38,950 nt of DNA from Deltaproteobacteria bacterium UBA2957 (GCA_002348535.1 DEBL01000088.1:1-38950), one strand, 5' to 3'; shown: positions 1 to 9,533, counted from the stretch's first letter. Notes: generated by a model from the sequence alone, not told the origin. Translations and numbers: made by a program.

Positions 1-549
1 TCTGGACAAACCGTACTCGTGCAAGCGGGGGCCTCTGGGGTCGGCTCCCTGGCCATTCAAATTGCAGCCATGCACGGGGCTGAAGTGGCTGTAACCGCCT
101 CGTCAGTAGAAAAAAGACACCGTTGTCTCGAAATGGGCGCGACGCACGCCTGGTCGTACGACTCCGCGAAAGACGAGGTTCGAGCTTGGACAAATAAGCG
201 TGGCGTCGACATCGTCATCGATCATGTCGGATCCAGCACATGGAAATCGTCAATTCGGTGCTTGGCCCGCGGCGGCACGCTGGTTACCTGCGGCGCCACT
301 TCGGGCCATGAGGCCGCAATTGACCTGCGCGTCCTCTTCTTCAAACAACTCAGTCTCCTTGGCAGCACAATGGGAACCATGCACGAAATGCGTGAGTCTT
401 GGACCGCCGTTCAGGCCGGTGCAGTTCAACCGGTCGTCGACCGCATTCTCCCAATGACATCGCTTGCAGCCGCCCATGCACTGCTGGAGAATCGCGCCGT
501 CACGGGTACGGTCGTCGTGGAGCAAGACCTGTGCGACTCTTCTGGATAG
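1..549 (+). CDS. Medium-chain dehydrogenase/reductase (zinc-type alcohol dehydrogenase / quinone oxidoreductase family), C-terminal part; 5' end outside window
   Basis: Frame 1 is open from base 1 to TAG 547-549. The translation ...QAGASGVGSLAIQIAAMHGAEV... is the glycine-rich NAD(P)-binding Rossmann segment of MDR enzymes, followed by the typical tail ...LLENRAVTGTVVV. Confidence 0.8.
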   Translation, partial: SGQTVLVQAGASGVGSLAIQIAAMHGAEVAVTASSVEKRHRCLEMGATHAWSYDSAKDEVRAWTNKRGVDIVIDHVGSSTWKSSIRCLARGGTLVTCGATSGHEAAIDLRVLFFKQLSLLGSTMGTMHEMRESWTAVQAGAVQPVVDRILPMTSLAAAHALLENRAVTGTVVVEQDLCDSSG

Positions 550-2744
550 TTCTATGCACCGTCGGCTGTTCGAAGCCGGCCGAAACCACAGACTCCGTCT
601 CCTCTGACCCCGAGTCATCCTCGGAGCTGTGCGCAACGGTGTTTGAATACACCGCCGATCAGGCGCTCGACGGCGTGGGCCTGATTGGACCGTTCAACAA
701 TTGGGACCCGACCCGACATCCGCTGGTCACAACCGGTGAAAACACATGGCAAGTCGAGGTGGAACTTCCGCCCGGGGCGCACCCATACATGTTCACCGAG
801 GTCACCAACTGGACCTACGATCAAGCCGAGGTTCCAGTATGCGACCCTTCCGCGAATTTGGCGCTGTGCGAGTACTCGACAGCCTACGAATCAAACTGGA
901 GCCAAGAGTGCAGCCCAGAGGCCTCTGACTGCGCATCGATGGTTGTGGTACCGGATTGCACCCAGCCCGTCGTGAGCATCGATGAGGTGATTCAAGACAA
1001 CGAGCGCGTTGCAATTCATGGGCGGGTCACCGACGGACTCTTTCCGGTCGAGACGATCCGCGTCTCCATTGACGGCGAGCAAGAACAACACGCCGTAGTC
1101 GATGGAGTGTTTCACGTGGAACACTCCACCGAGCCCAACCAAAGGCACCACATTGTCATCACCGCAGAAGACCAAGAAGGCGGCCAATCCGCGCCGGTCG
1201 CTACACCGATATGGACGGACCGATTTGACTGGGCCGAGGCCGTCATCTACCACGCTCTGATCGATCGGGTGGCCAACGGAAACACCGACAATGACGGCAG
1301 CGCCAATACAACACATGCCATCACCGACTGGGCCGGCGGAGACATTGCAGGGCTCCACGCAAGCCTCCCGTTTTTGGGCGACTTGGGCATCAATACACTG
1401 TGGCTGTCCAACCCTCAATCCGCACCCAGCGACGCGTGGCCCGGTGACTGCAATGCAACCTACTCGGGCTACCACGGCTTCTGGCCCACAGACTACGACA
1501 AAGTCGATCCTCACCTCGGTGACGTCGATGCGCTGGATGCGCTCATCGAAGCCGCCCATAACCGCGGGATGCGGGTCATCATGGACTGGGTTGGCAACCA
1601 TGTCCACGACAACCATCCCAGCGCAGCCGATGACGATCGCTTTCACCCTACAGCAGTGTGCAACGACCGCGGCGGTGATGGTGTGAGCAACTGGGATCGG
1701 ATTCCTGAGGAGTGCTGGTTCACCAACTACCTCCCCGACTGGGACCACAGCCAAGCAGCGGTGGCGCACACCGTGGTGGACATGGCCCTCGAGTGGGCCC
1801 GTGATCGAAAGCTGGATGGGTTGCGCGTTGACGCAGCCAAGCACATGTCAAAGGCCGTGCTGTTCAACCTGCGCAGCACCCTCGATGCGAACCTCTCTCC
1901 ACCCGGTTCCGGCTTCGAGTTTATTCTCATCGGTGAAACCTTTGACGGCGCCGATGCAATCAATGCCTCCATTGGTCCGCACCTGCTTCATGGGCAATTC
2001 GACTTCCCGCTGTACTGGACGATCCGAGACGCATTCGTCTACGACACGGTGTCTGTTGCCGATGCCGTCAATCAAGCGGCCGCAGTCGCCGACATCTACC
2101 CGGGTGGCCAGATGTCGACCTTCCTCGGCAACCTCGATGTGGGCCGATTTTTGACCGATCGGCACGAGGGTTCGATGAATGTTTGCCCGGACGGCGAACT
2201 CCGTCAAGCAGGGTGGCCTGAAGAATCAGAGGCCTATGATCGGCTCCGATTGGCTTGGACGCTCCTGTTCACGCAACCCGGCATGCCCATGGTGTACTAC
2301 GGCGATGAGTTTGGGATCCCCGGTTACGGCGATCCCGACAACCGCCAACCGCTGTGGTGGCATGACATCAATACCGCGGCAGGCTCCGTGGCCGACGTCG
2401 CCTCCACTCTCGCCTCCGGCCCGGCTCGAGTGGTCGACACCCTTCGACGCCTGACCGCGGCCCGAGCCGCTCATCCCGCTCTCCGAGGCGGCAGTCAGGA
2501 GAACTTCTGGATTGACGGTGACGGACTGGTCGGAACCGTTCACACGCTCGATGATGATGCCGCAATCGTCGTGCTCAATCGCAATGCCACCGAGGCATCG
2601 CTCGACAACTCGCTGTCGTACTTCGACCTGCCCGAGGGCACATGGGTCGACCTCTTGTCCGACGAGCGATTCGAAAGCGACGGCGACCGAATCCGCTTCT
2701 CCGTTCCCCCAAACACTCCCCGCGTCCTCGTACTGGAACCGTAA
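531..2744 (+). CDS. GH13 alpha-amylase-family glycoside hydrolase, probable lipoprotein, with N-terminal CBM48/E-set-like module
   Basis: GH13 regions are present: I VIMDWVGNHV, II GLRVDAAKHM, III LIGETFDG, IV FLGNLDVGRF. The N-terminal GLIGPFNNWDP...LPPGAHPYMF matches the CBM48/AMPK-beta glycogen-binding pattern. I prefer the in-frame GTG at 531 (VRLFWIVLCTVGCS, a signal plus lipobox-like cysteine) over TTG 399, which would overlap the upstream gene by 150 nt. Confidence 0.85.
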   Translation: MRLFWIVLCTVGCSKPAETTDSVSSDPESSSELCATVFEYTADQALDGVGLIGPFNNWDPTRHPLVTTGENTWQVEVELPPGAHPYMFTEVTNWTYDQAEVPVCDPSANLALCEYSTAYESNWSQECSPEASDCASMVVVPDCTQPVVSIDEVIQDNERVAIHGRVTDGLFPVETIRVSIDGEQEQHAVVDGVFHVEHSTEPNQRHHIVITAEDQEGGQSAPVATPIWTDRFDWAEAVIYHALIDRVANGNTDNDGSANTTHAITDWAGGDIAGLHASLPFLGDLGINTLWLSNPQSAPSDAWPGDCNATYSGYHGFWPTDYDKVDPHLGDVDALDALIEAAHNRGMRVIMDWVGNHVHDNHPSAADDDRFHPTAVCNDRGGDGVSNWDRIPEECWFTNYLPDWDHSQAAVAHTVVDMALEWARDRKLDGLRVDAAKHMSKAVLFNLRSTLDANLSPPGSGFEFILIGETFDGADAINASIGPHLLHGQFDFPLYWTIRDAFVYDTVSVADAVNQAAAVADIYPGGQMSTFLGNLDVGRFLTDRHEGSMNVCPDGELRQAGWPEESEAYDRLRLAWTLLFTQPGMPMVYYGDEFGIPGYGDPDNRQPLWWHDINTAAGSVADVASTLASGPARVVDTLRRLTAARAAHPALRGGSQENFWIDGDGLVGTVHTLDDDAAIVVLNRNATEASLDNSLSYFDLPEGTWVDLLSDERFESDGDRIRFSVPPNTPRVLVLEP

Positions 2745-2749
2745 TCCCC

Positions 2750-5212
2750 ATGCATCGAATCTTACTCTGCCTCTTTATGGCGGCCTGCGCAGCCGAGCAG
2801 TACACCTCGGTCTACGCTGTGTCCGACCGCGCTCCAAGCTTGTCCGCCGACTCCATCGAAGCCCTTGACCACATGGGCCCAACCATGGTGGACGGGGGCG
2901 TCAACTTCGCCGTCTACTCCGAAAATGCCGAGCGGCTTGAGTTGCTCATTTTCGAGGATCCCGAAAGCACGCTTCCAACCCAAAGCATTGAGATGAACCG
3001 AATTGGGAACGTATGGAACGTCTTTGTTGAGGGGGTAGGCATTGGGACCCACTACGGCTACATCGCGTGGGGACCCAACTGGGAATACGACCCGGATTGG
3101 ATTCCGGGTTCGACAGCTGGATTTCGATCGGATGTCGACCGCTACGGGAATCGCTTCAATCCAAACAAGCTGTTGACGGATCCGTGGTCAAAGGCCATTC
3201 ACCGGGACCACGACTGGTCAAAAGGCTCCGTAGCCTCCGGTCCAAAGCGAGCTGAGTCGACCTATGCAGCCAGTTCCAAGAGTGTCGTCGTCCAGTCCGA
3301 GTATGAGTGGTCCGACCACGAGTCGACATGGCGAGAAGGCCGAGCCAACAACTCGCTTGAAGGTCACGACTGGCGAGACCTCGTGATGTACGAAGTCCAT
3401 CCCAAGGGATTCACTCAAAACCCCGCGTCGGGCGTAGACCACCCGGGAACCTTCCGCGGAGTCGGTGAGATGGCCCCGTATCTTGCCGACCTCGGAATTA
3501 ACGCCATCGAGTTGATGCCCGTTCACGAAAAACCGCTGGACGGGGGCTACTGGGGGTACAACTCCTTGAGCTTCTTCGCCCTCGAGCACAGCTTCTCAGC
3601 ATCGGTGCAGTCCACAGGACGGGTGGACGGCGTGATTGATGAGTTCAAATGGATGGTCGACCAGCTGCACCAGCATGGAATCGAGGTGATCGTCGACGTG
3701 GTGTACAACCACACTGGCGAAGGCGGATTGTGGCGAGAGCGCCTGTTCTTTGAGACCTACGAAGAAGCGGAGTCTTTCAACTTTGACCCCAAGGAGGTTG
3801 CCGGACTCTACAACTTCCGTGGCCTCGACAACGCTTCGTGGTACGCCCTCAGCCCAGACGGGCAGACCTACTGGAACAACACCGGAGTCGGAAACCAGCT
3901 TCGCCCAAACCACACTCCAGGACGGCGAATCATCATGGATTCGCTCCACTTCATGGTCGAAGAGCTTCACGTCGATGGATTTCGATTCGACCTCGCCGGA
4001 ATTCTCGGAGAGAAGGACCTCGACTACAACACCCCCACCCCTGTGGCGACGACCATCGTTCAAGACATCGCCGATGATCCCGTCATGCGCGCCCACAATG
4101 TGCGCCTGATTTCCGAACCGTGGACCGCCAGCGGTACCGGCCCTGGAATCGGAGGCTTTCCAATGAGCCAAGAAGACTCCAGCTTCGGATGGGCCGAGTG
4201 GAACGCCCACTTCCGCGACTGGTGGCGAGCATTTGCGAATCACTGCAACTGGTTGGATGGCCATATGGTTTGCCACGGATGGGATTCGCCCGCGACACCC
4301 GCCTTCGTGCTGAACTCAACCGAGGGAATCGACGGTGGGTCCGCCATGACGGGCAGCGAGTCCGTCTACGGTGACGAGGGCCGGGCTCCGGTACACAGCG
4401 TCAACTTCGTGACCGTTCATGACGGGTTCACGCTGTACGACCTGTTTTCGTACCACGACAAGCAAAACGAGTGCGGTTTACTCAATCCGAAATGCTGCGA
4501 CGATCCCCTCAGCGTCTGGTGCGACACGCAATCGGGCGAGGAACACAACCGCTCCTACGACTGGGGCAATGAGGCCATGAAGCGCCAGCAAATGCGCAAC
4601 CTCTTTGTCGCCATGATGATCAGCCAAGGCACGCCGCTGATGCTGGGCGGAGACGAGTGGATGCGAACCCAGTATGGAAACAACAACGCCTACTCTACCT
4701 GGGCGGATAACGAGTGGAACTGGTTCCGATGGGGCGAATGGCGGAATGTAACTGCACCCCATCGGCATCGAATGCACGACTTTGTACGCGATCTGATCTC
4801 GTTTCGGCTCGACCGAATCGAACGCCTAAACCCGGGTGAGTATGGGGCTGCGGCGATCGCATGGAAGAACGCATCAAACATCGACATGGCGGGTGATGAG
4901 TGGGGCCGCAACCGCCACGTCATGCTCCATCACTACGGTGAAGCCGACACGCCCGAGTTGGTCACGCTCATCAACTTCGAGTCGGGATCGGTGAACTTCA
5001 CACTGCCAGAAGACCTCGACTGGGGTCGCGTGATCGACACGCAGTCGTGGTTTGATACGCCTGCGGATGCAAGCGAGAGCGGCGGATTTTTGAGCGAAGA
5101 CAGCACCCGTGACCCGTACATTTCTTGGAACATCGAGACTGTCGATCCCGAACTCACCGGTGCGAGCTACGACGTGCAGCCCTTCAGCATCGTCGTCCTG
5201 GAGGCACAATGA
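2750..5212 (+). CDS. Isoamylase/GlgX-type glycogen debranching enzyme (GH13), probable lipoprotein
   Basis: Motifs DVVYNHT, GFRFDLAG, ISEPWT and FVTVHDGFT are present, with an N-terminal GVNFAVYSENAERLELLIF E-set domain typical of GlgX/isoamylase. The ATG at 2750 gives MHRILLCLFMAACAAE, a signal peptide with an AAC lipobox. Confidence 0.85.
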   Translation: MHRILLCLFMAACAAEQYTSVYAVSDRAPSLSADSIEALDHMGPTMVDGGVNFAVYSENAERLELLIFEDPESTLPTQSIEMNRIGNVWNVFVEGVGIGTHYGYIAWGPNWEYDPDWIPGSTAGFRSDVDRYGNRFNPNKLLTDPWSKAIHRDHDWSKGSVASGPKRAESTYAASSKSVVVQSEYEWSDHESTWREGRANNSLEGHDWRDLVMYEVHPKGFTQNPASGVDHPGTFRGVGEMAPYLADLGINAIELMPVHEKPLDGGYWGYNSLSFFALEHSFSASVQSTGRVDGVIDEFKWMVDQLHQHGIEVIVDVVYNHTGEGGLWRERLFFETYEEAESFNFDPKEVAGLYNFRGLDNASWYALSPDGQTYWNNTGVGNQLRPNHTPGRRIIMDSLHFMVEELHVDGFRFDLAGILGEKDLDYNTPTPVATTIVQDIADDPVMRAHNVRLISEPWTASGTGPGIGGFPMSQEDSSFGWAEWNAHFRDWWRAFANHCNWLDGHMVCHGWDSPATPAFVLNSTEGIDGGSAMTGSESVYGDEGRAPVHSVNFVTVHDGFTLYDLFSYHDKQNECGLLNPKCCDDPLSVWCDTQSGEEHNRSYDWGNEAMKRQQMRNLFVAMMISQGTPLMLGGDEWMRTQYGNNNAYSTWADNEWNWFRWGEWRNVTAPHRHRMHDFVRDLISFRLDRIERLNPGEYGAAAIAWKNASNIDMAGDEWGRNRHVMLHHYGEADTPELVTLINFESGSVNFTLPEDLDWGRVIDTQSWFDTPADASESGGFLSEDSTRDPYISWNIETVDPELTGASYDVQPFSIVVLEAQ

Positions 5213-6678
5213 AAACCCGATGGATGATGATCGGGCTGGGACTTGGCTTGACCAGCGACTCGGCCTTCGCGGGAGCGCGGGTCGGCGGGTACGCCCGAGT
5301 GATGGCTCGACCCGACCTCCAAGGCGGCACCGGCCGTCTCGGATACTGGAACCTGTATGGACGACTGCTCAACGAGGGTCCCTACGCCGCACTCGACTTT
5401 GATTATGACGTTCTTGAGCCCGATGGCGATGCCCCTTGGACCACGATTCACATGCGAGTCGAAGGCGGCAGCATCGAAGGTGCCGACATGGGCAACGGTG
5501 GGCTCGACCAATTTCGAATGTCTCAACTGTACATTGAAGCCGGCAACGTAATTGTTCCCAATGTCGCTTGGCAAGTCGGAACGCTGGAGCGAACCATGGG
5601 GGACTTGGGCCTGTACGACATGCGCCCCGCCACCGTTTTCTTCAACACAGTGGGGCTCAGTGGGACACTCCGGAACGGCCCCTTCGAGCTCACCGTCGGT
5701 GGCGGTGACTCTGGATACAGTCTCCGCCGCGATCGCTACCACCCGGTATGGACCGGCGGCGGTGCAATGCGTTTGGGGTTGGGTCGTCATGTTCAAATTG
5801 GGCTTGGTGGAGAATGGTCGATGGAGTTCGGCACTCCCGGGCACCGATACGCTGCATATGACACACCCAATGTGGACTATGAAGACTGGATTCGCGGAGA
5901 GGTCATCGAGCAGTTCCGCTCCGATCGACCGATCGAGGCAGACCAGTTCTCTGACCCCATCGCTGGTGATGCTCAATCGGGTCACGCATTCGCTTACCTC
6001 GGCTTCGGTGGACTCGGGCCCCTAAAATGGAACAGCACCACCGTACGCTTCGAGCGTCTTCACCCCGAGGCGCCCAGCCATGAGGAATACAACGGGGAAT
6101 CCGAAGACATTCATGTCACCTCGCTGACCGATGAGCGCACAGTTTTGTTTGTGGGCAACGAAGCACACCTCGAGTTGATTCCTCAGCGACTTGATGTCGC
6201 ATGGGGAGCCTTGTACGGACAGCATGTGGACGCCGACAACACCGTGGCCCCATCCGACCACAACCGGTGGTACGCATCCACAGTGTTACGAATGCAGGTG
6301 GCGACAACCCGCACCCTCGCCGTCCTGTTGGAGAGCAGCATCGCGCAGGAAGTGTCCACACAGGGAAACCAATTCCGAGAGCATCAAGACTCCATTTTCG
6401 CCAACACGGATGGAGTCCCCGACACACGCGGTCTCGAAAACGGAGACACCGACACACGGATTACGTGGCAAGGGAAGGGGGGGCTCGTGTTCAACCCCAT
6501 GGGCCCGGGCATCTTCTCTCGGCCCAGCCTTCGTTTGCTCTACGGAGCTCAACACTCCAACGAGAACAATGCATTCTCGAATCACTTCGTCACGACGCTG
6601 GACCAATACAACGAGTTCGGAACCGTCGAACAGCATTGGCACCACGTGCTCGCTCTGGAGGCTGAAGCATGGTTTTAA
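5209..6678 (+). CDS. lamB: Maltoporin (LamB-family outer-membrane carbohydrate porin)
   Basis: ATG 5209 overlaps the upstream TGA as ATGA. The signal peptide is MKTRWMMIGLGLGLTSDSAFA. By eye, GGYARVMAR aligns with E. coli LamB GYARSGIGW. The C-terminus ITWQGKGG...IFSRPSLRLLYGAQ...ALEAEAWF aligns with LamB ITLAQQWQAG..IWSRPAIRVFATYA...GAQMEIWW. The protein ends in an aromatic residue. Confidence 0.65.
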   Translation: MKTRWMMIGLGLGLTSDSAFAGARVGGYARVMARPDLQGGTGRLGYWNLYGRLLNEGPYAALDFDYDVLEPDGDAPWTTIHMRVEGGSIEGADMGNGGLDQFRMSQLYIEAGNVIVPNVAWQVGTLERTMGDLGLYDMRPATVFFNTVGLSGTLRNGPFELTVGGGDSGYSLRRDRYHPVWTGGGAMRLGLGRHVQIGLGGEWSMEFGTPGHRYAAYDTPNVDYEDWIRGEVIEQFRSDRPIEADQFSDPIAGDAQSGHAFAYLGFGGLGPLKWNSTTVRFERLHPEAPSHEEYNGESEDIHVTSLTDERTVLFVGNEAHLELIPQRLDVAWGALYGQHVDADNTVAPSDHNRWYASTVLRMQVATTRTLAVLLESSIAQEVSTQGNQFREHQDSIFANTDGVPDTRGLENGDTDTRITWQGKGGLVFNPMGPGIFSRPSLRLLYGAQHSNENNAFSNHFVTTLDQYNEFGTVEQHWHHVLALEAEAWF

Positions 6679-7160
6679 TCGCGCTCCTTTTTGCCTGCGC
6701 TGCCCCGAAGATCGCCCCCGAGTCGGTGATTGCAGTGCAGACCGTTTTCGTCACCCCCGCTGCCTCCGAGACGGCCGCTGTGAGCGGCCTGATCGAAGAG
6801 GCCCTCGCCGCGGACAACGTCCAGTCGACCTCCGTCCCGACAGACGCCGCTTGGGCTGCACTCGGCACCAGCGGACATCGGTCTGCTTGGCTGGTGCAGC
6901 AAAGCGGTGGATCCCTCACCTTGCTGATCGAGGCCGAAGCCCGTCGACGAGCCACCCTCGGAGGGCGCTTTCAGTGGGAAGTCGAGGCCACTGTGGTTGT
7001 GGCGAAAGAAGGACTTCCAGAGTTGACCCAGACAAAAATCATGCGCGTAACGCTTCCCCACGCTCACCAAGATGAGACCGATGCCCTGACATCTGCAGCA
7101 CCCCGAATCGGACAGGTGGCTGCCACGCTGGTTCGTCAATTCAGCGGGACCGACGGGTGA
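6669..7160 (+). CDS. Small lipoprotein of unknown function
   Basis: ATG 6669 overlaps the porin 3' end by 10 nt. MVLIALLFACAAPK gives a signal peptide with an LFAC lipobox. I recognise no family motif. Confidence 0.6.
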   Translation: MVLIALLFACAAPKIAPESVIAVQTVFVTPAASETAAVSGLIEEALAADNVQSTSVPTDAAWAALGTSGHRSAWLVQQSGGSLTLLIEAEARRRATLGGRFQWEVEATVVVAKEGLPELTQTKIMRVTLPHAHQDETDALTSAAPRIGQVAATLVRQFSGTDG

Positions 7161-8764
7161 TTGCTTGGCTGTGGACTTTGGGCGCTGTTGCTGCGCCGAT
7201 GGACAGCATCTACCTGATCATGGTGGATCGCTTCGCCAACGGGGACACAACGAACGATCGCGGTGTCGCGCCCACGGACCCGAAGGCGTGGTACGGCGGA
7301 GACATCGCCGGAATTCAGTCCCAACTCGACTTCATTGAGCAGTTGGGCGTCAGCACCCTGTGGTTGACCCCGGTGACCCGCAGCCGTACCGATCCCATCG
7401 GTGAGCACCCCTCATGGCACGGATATTGGGTCGCCGACGGACGAGACGTCGACCCCCGTTTTGGAACGCTGAATGAACTAAAAGCGCTGGAGGACAACCT
7501 CAATCAGCGCGGAATGAGCCTCATGATGGACATCGTCCTCAATCACGTGGGTCCCGACACACCCCTCACCACGGCTCGTCCTGATTGGTTCCGCACCAAC
7601 GGCGATGTACTGGACTGGACCGACGATGTGCAGCGCCGCACTCACGATGTTCATGGACTGCCAGACCTCGATCACAGCAAGCCCGAGGTGATCACGCACC
7701 TCATTGATGACGGCCGACACTGGATCCGCGCCGTCCAACCCGCAGCCATTCGTGTGGATGCCGTCCGTCACCTTGATGTTCCATTTCTCAACCAATGGAT
7801 CGCAGCGATGCAATCTGTGACAAGTGAACCCCTGGCTTTTGCCGGGGAGATCTTCGATGGAAATGCGGCAGCGATCGCTGCAGAGGTGAAGGCGACTGGA
7901 CTGACTCACAGCTTTGACTTTCCGCTCTACTACGCAATCACAGAAGGATTTTGCGAGTCAGGCGATCTTCGTAAGATACCGGCTGCCCTCACACAGGACC
8001 GCCTGTATCCCGACGGTCACCAGTGGATCACCTTCCTCGACAACCACGATACCGCTCGTATTGCCACAGTATGCGGTGATAAAACCCAAGCGTCGATTGC
8101 CTTGCTCATGAGCCTCCGAGGTATACCATCCGTCACATGGGGAACCACTCAGGGCCTACAGGGGACGTCTGAAATTGAGGCCCGCGGTGCCATGGCTTTC
8201 GAACAAACTCCACTCCATCAGTTCATTGCCGACCGGCTCGATGAGCGCCGCTCTTTCCCATCACTCACGAAGGGACAGACCGAGTGGCTGACCGTGCAGC
8301 CCGATCGGGTCTCCTTCGCCCGCGTGACCGAAAACGAGGCGATTATTGCCTCGGTCGGACCGTCCAGTGAGCGCCCAACCCTACCCGCTGATGCAGGAAA
8401 CCCAACATGGCTGAAGTTGCCCGATACCGGCATCCACCGGTGGCTCCTTACACCGGAACCTGGGACCAACTTTGGCGCTTGGACCGAACGCCTAAAGTCA
8501 GCATTTCTGACCACGAAGACCGTCACTCTGCAGACGGCAGGCGCGTCATACATCTCGGGGAGTGACCCGGCAGTGGGCGCATGGAATGCGGCTGACGCGG
8601 TGGGCCCTGGAAAAGCCGTGGTGGCCCTTCCAACAGGCGGTGTGGTGGCCCTCAAGAGCCTCAAACAAACAGAGGATGGGCGCCCTGTGTGGTCCGCCCA
8701 TCCCGATACGTTTGTGATTGTCGATGAAATCAATGAAGATGAACCGGTGGTGATCAATCCATGA
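7157..8764 (+). CDS. GH13 alpha-amylase with C-terminal CBM20-like starch-binding module
   Basis: GTG 7157 overlaps the upstream TGA as GTGA. Motifs are MVDRFANGD, DIVLNHVG, AIRVDAVRHL, FAGEIFDG and FLDNHDTAR. The C-terminal ~100 aa (VTLQTAGASYISGSDPAVGAWNAADAVG...LPTGGVVALKSL...VWSAHPDTF) fit the CBM20 pattern. Confidence 0.85.
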   Translation: MIAWLWTLGAVAAPMDSIYLIMVDRFANGDTTNDRGVAPTDPKAWYGGDIAGIQSQLDFIEQLGVSTLWLTPVTRSRTDPIGEHPSWHGYWVADGRDVDPRFGTLNELKALEDNLNQRGMSLMMDIVLNHVGPDTPLTTARPDWFRTNGDVLDWTDDVQRRTHDVHGLPDLDHSKPEVITHLIDDGRHWIRAVQPAAIRVDAVRHLDVPFLNQWIAAMQSVTSEPLAFAGEIFDGNAAAIAAEVKATGLTHSFDFPLYYAITEGFCESGDLRKIPAALTQDRLYPDGHQWITFLDNHDTARIATVCGDKTQASIALLMSLRGIPSVTWGTTQGLQGTSEIEARGAMAFEQTPLHQFIADRLDERRSFPSLTKGQTEWLTVQPDRVSFARVTENEAIIASVGPSSERPTLPADAGNPTWLKLPDTGIHRWLLTPEPGTNFGAWTERLKSAFLTTKTVTLQTAGASYISGSDPAVGAWNAADAVGPGKAVVALPTGGVVALKSLKQTEDGRPVWSAHPDTFVIVDEINEDEPVVINP

Positions 8765-9473
8765 GGTCCGCCTCGAGGCTGACCTCCACCATCTCGACAC
8801 TGATTTCGTCCATCGGCAGTTCCGCGTCAGCAACATGCGTCATGATGGGCAGGTAAATCGTGGCCCCGACCGAAAGGTGGTCGAGCGATGCATCGCCGTT
8901 GAATGCCGCCAAAACCCAAGACGGAACGCCCGCAATATCCTTGGCGATGGCCCACGCTGTGTCGCCGGTCCGAACCGTGTAGCCCTCGATTCCTGCGAGA
9001 CCGCCATTGGCCGCGAGGTAGCGCTCTAATCGCAACTCGAGCGCTCCGTTACGCGAGGACTCAAAGGACTCTCTGTCGGCGATGGGGATCGCCAAGATCT
9101 GACCCGGTACCAGTGGCGCTGTGATTTCAATGGCATTCAGCGCCGCAATTTCCTCGACGGATGCGTCGGACCACCGACTGAGCCGGTCCAGCGACTCGCC
9201 GGCCCTCACCGTCACTGCGATGACGTCCTCCATTGCCTCCGAGGGAGTTGAGGTCTCCGCTTTCCGCAGTGGCTGCACGGAGGTCATATCGACCGCATTG
9301 GACCCTTCGGTCTCAACCGCGGTGTCGTGTTCAACGGATGCGGCAAGCCCTGAGCCCCCCGACAAGGGGGAATCAGGCGGTTGTTGGGCGACTGGTTTGG
9401 GGTCAAACGCACTTCGCTGTGCGGGCTGAGAGCATCCAACGGTTGCAATCAAAAGAGTAAATGCGTGCTTCAT
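8754..9473 (-). CDS. LysM-domain lipoprotein (two LysM peptidoglycan-binding repeats)
   Basis: The ATG at 9473 is preceded by GGAGGAAG. MKHAFTLLIATVGCSQ gives a lipobox. Two LysM-like repeats are present: TVRAGESLDRLSRWSDASVEEIAALN...GQILAIP and YTVRTGDTAWAIAKDIAGVPSWVLAAFNG...GATIYLP. Confidence 0.8.
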   Translation of the reverse strand: MKHAFTLLIATVGCSQPAQRSAFDPKPVAQQPPDSPLSGGSGLAASVEHDTAVETEGSNAVDMTSVQPLRKAETSTPSEAMEDVIAVTVRAGESLDRLSRWSDASVEEIAALNAIEITAPLVPGQILAIPIADRESFESSRNGALELRLERYLAANGGLAGIEGYTVRTGDTAWAIAKDIAGVPSWVLAAFNGDASLDHLSVGATIYLPIMTHVADAELPMDEISVEMVEVSLEADLMD

Positions 9474-9533
9474 GACTTCCTCCAAGTGTGTGATGTTGAT
9501 GCACATCCAACCTCTTCGCAATCGCTGTGCCAA

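Noticed and set aside
399-530. Longest-ORF N-terminal extension of the first GH13 gene (TTG 399).
   Set aside because: It would overlap the dehydrogenase gene by 150 nt and encodes an Arg/Ser/Cys-rich stretch. The in-frame GTG at 531 gives a sensible signal and lipobox N-terminus.
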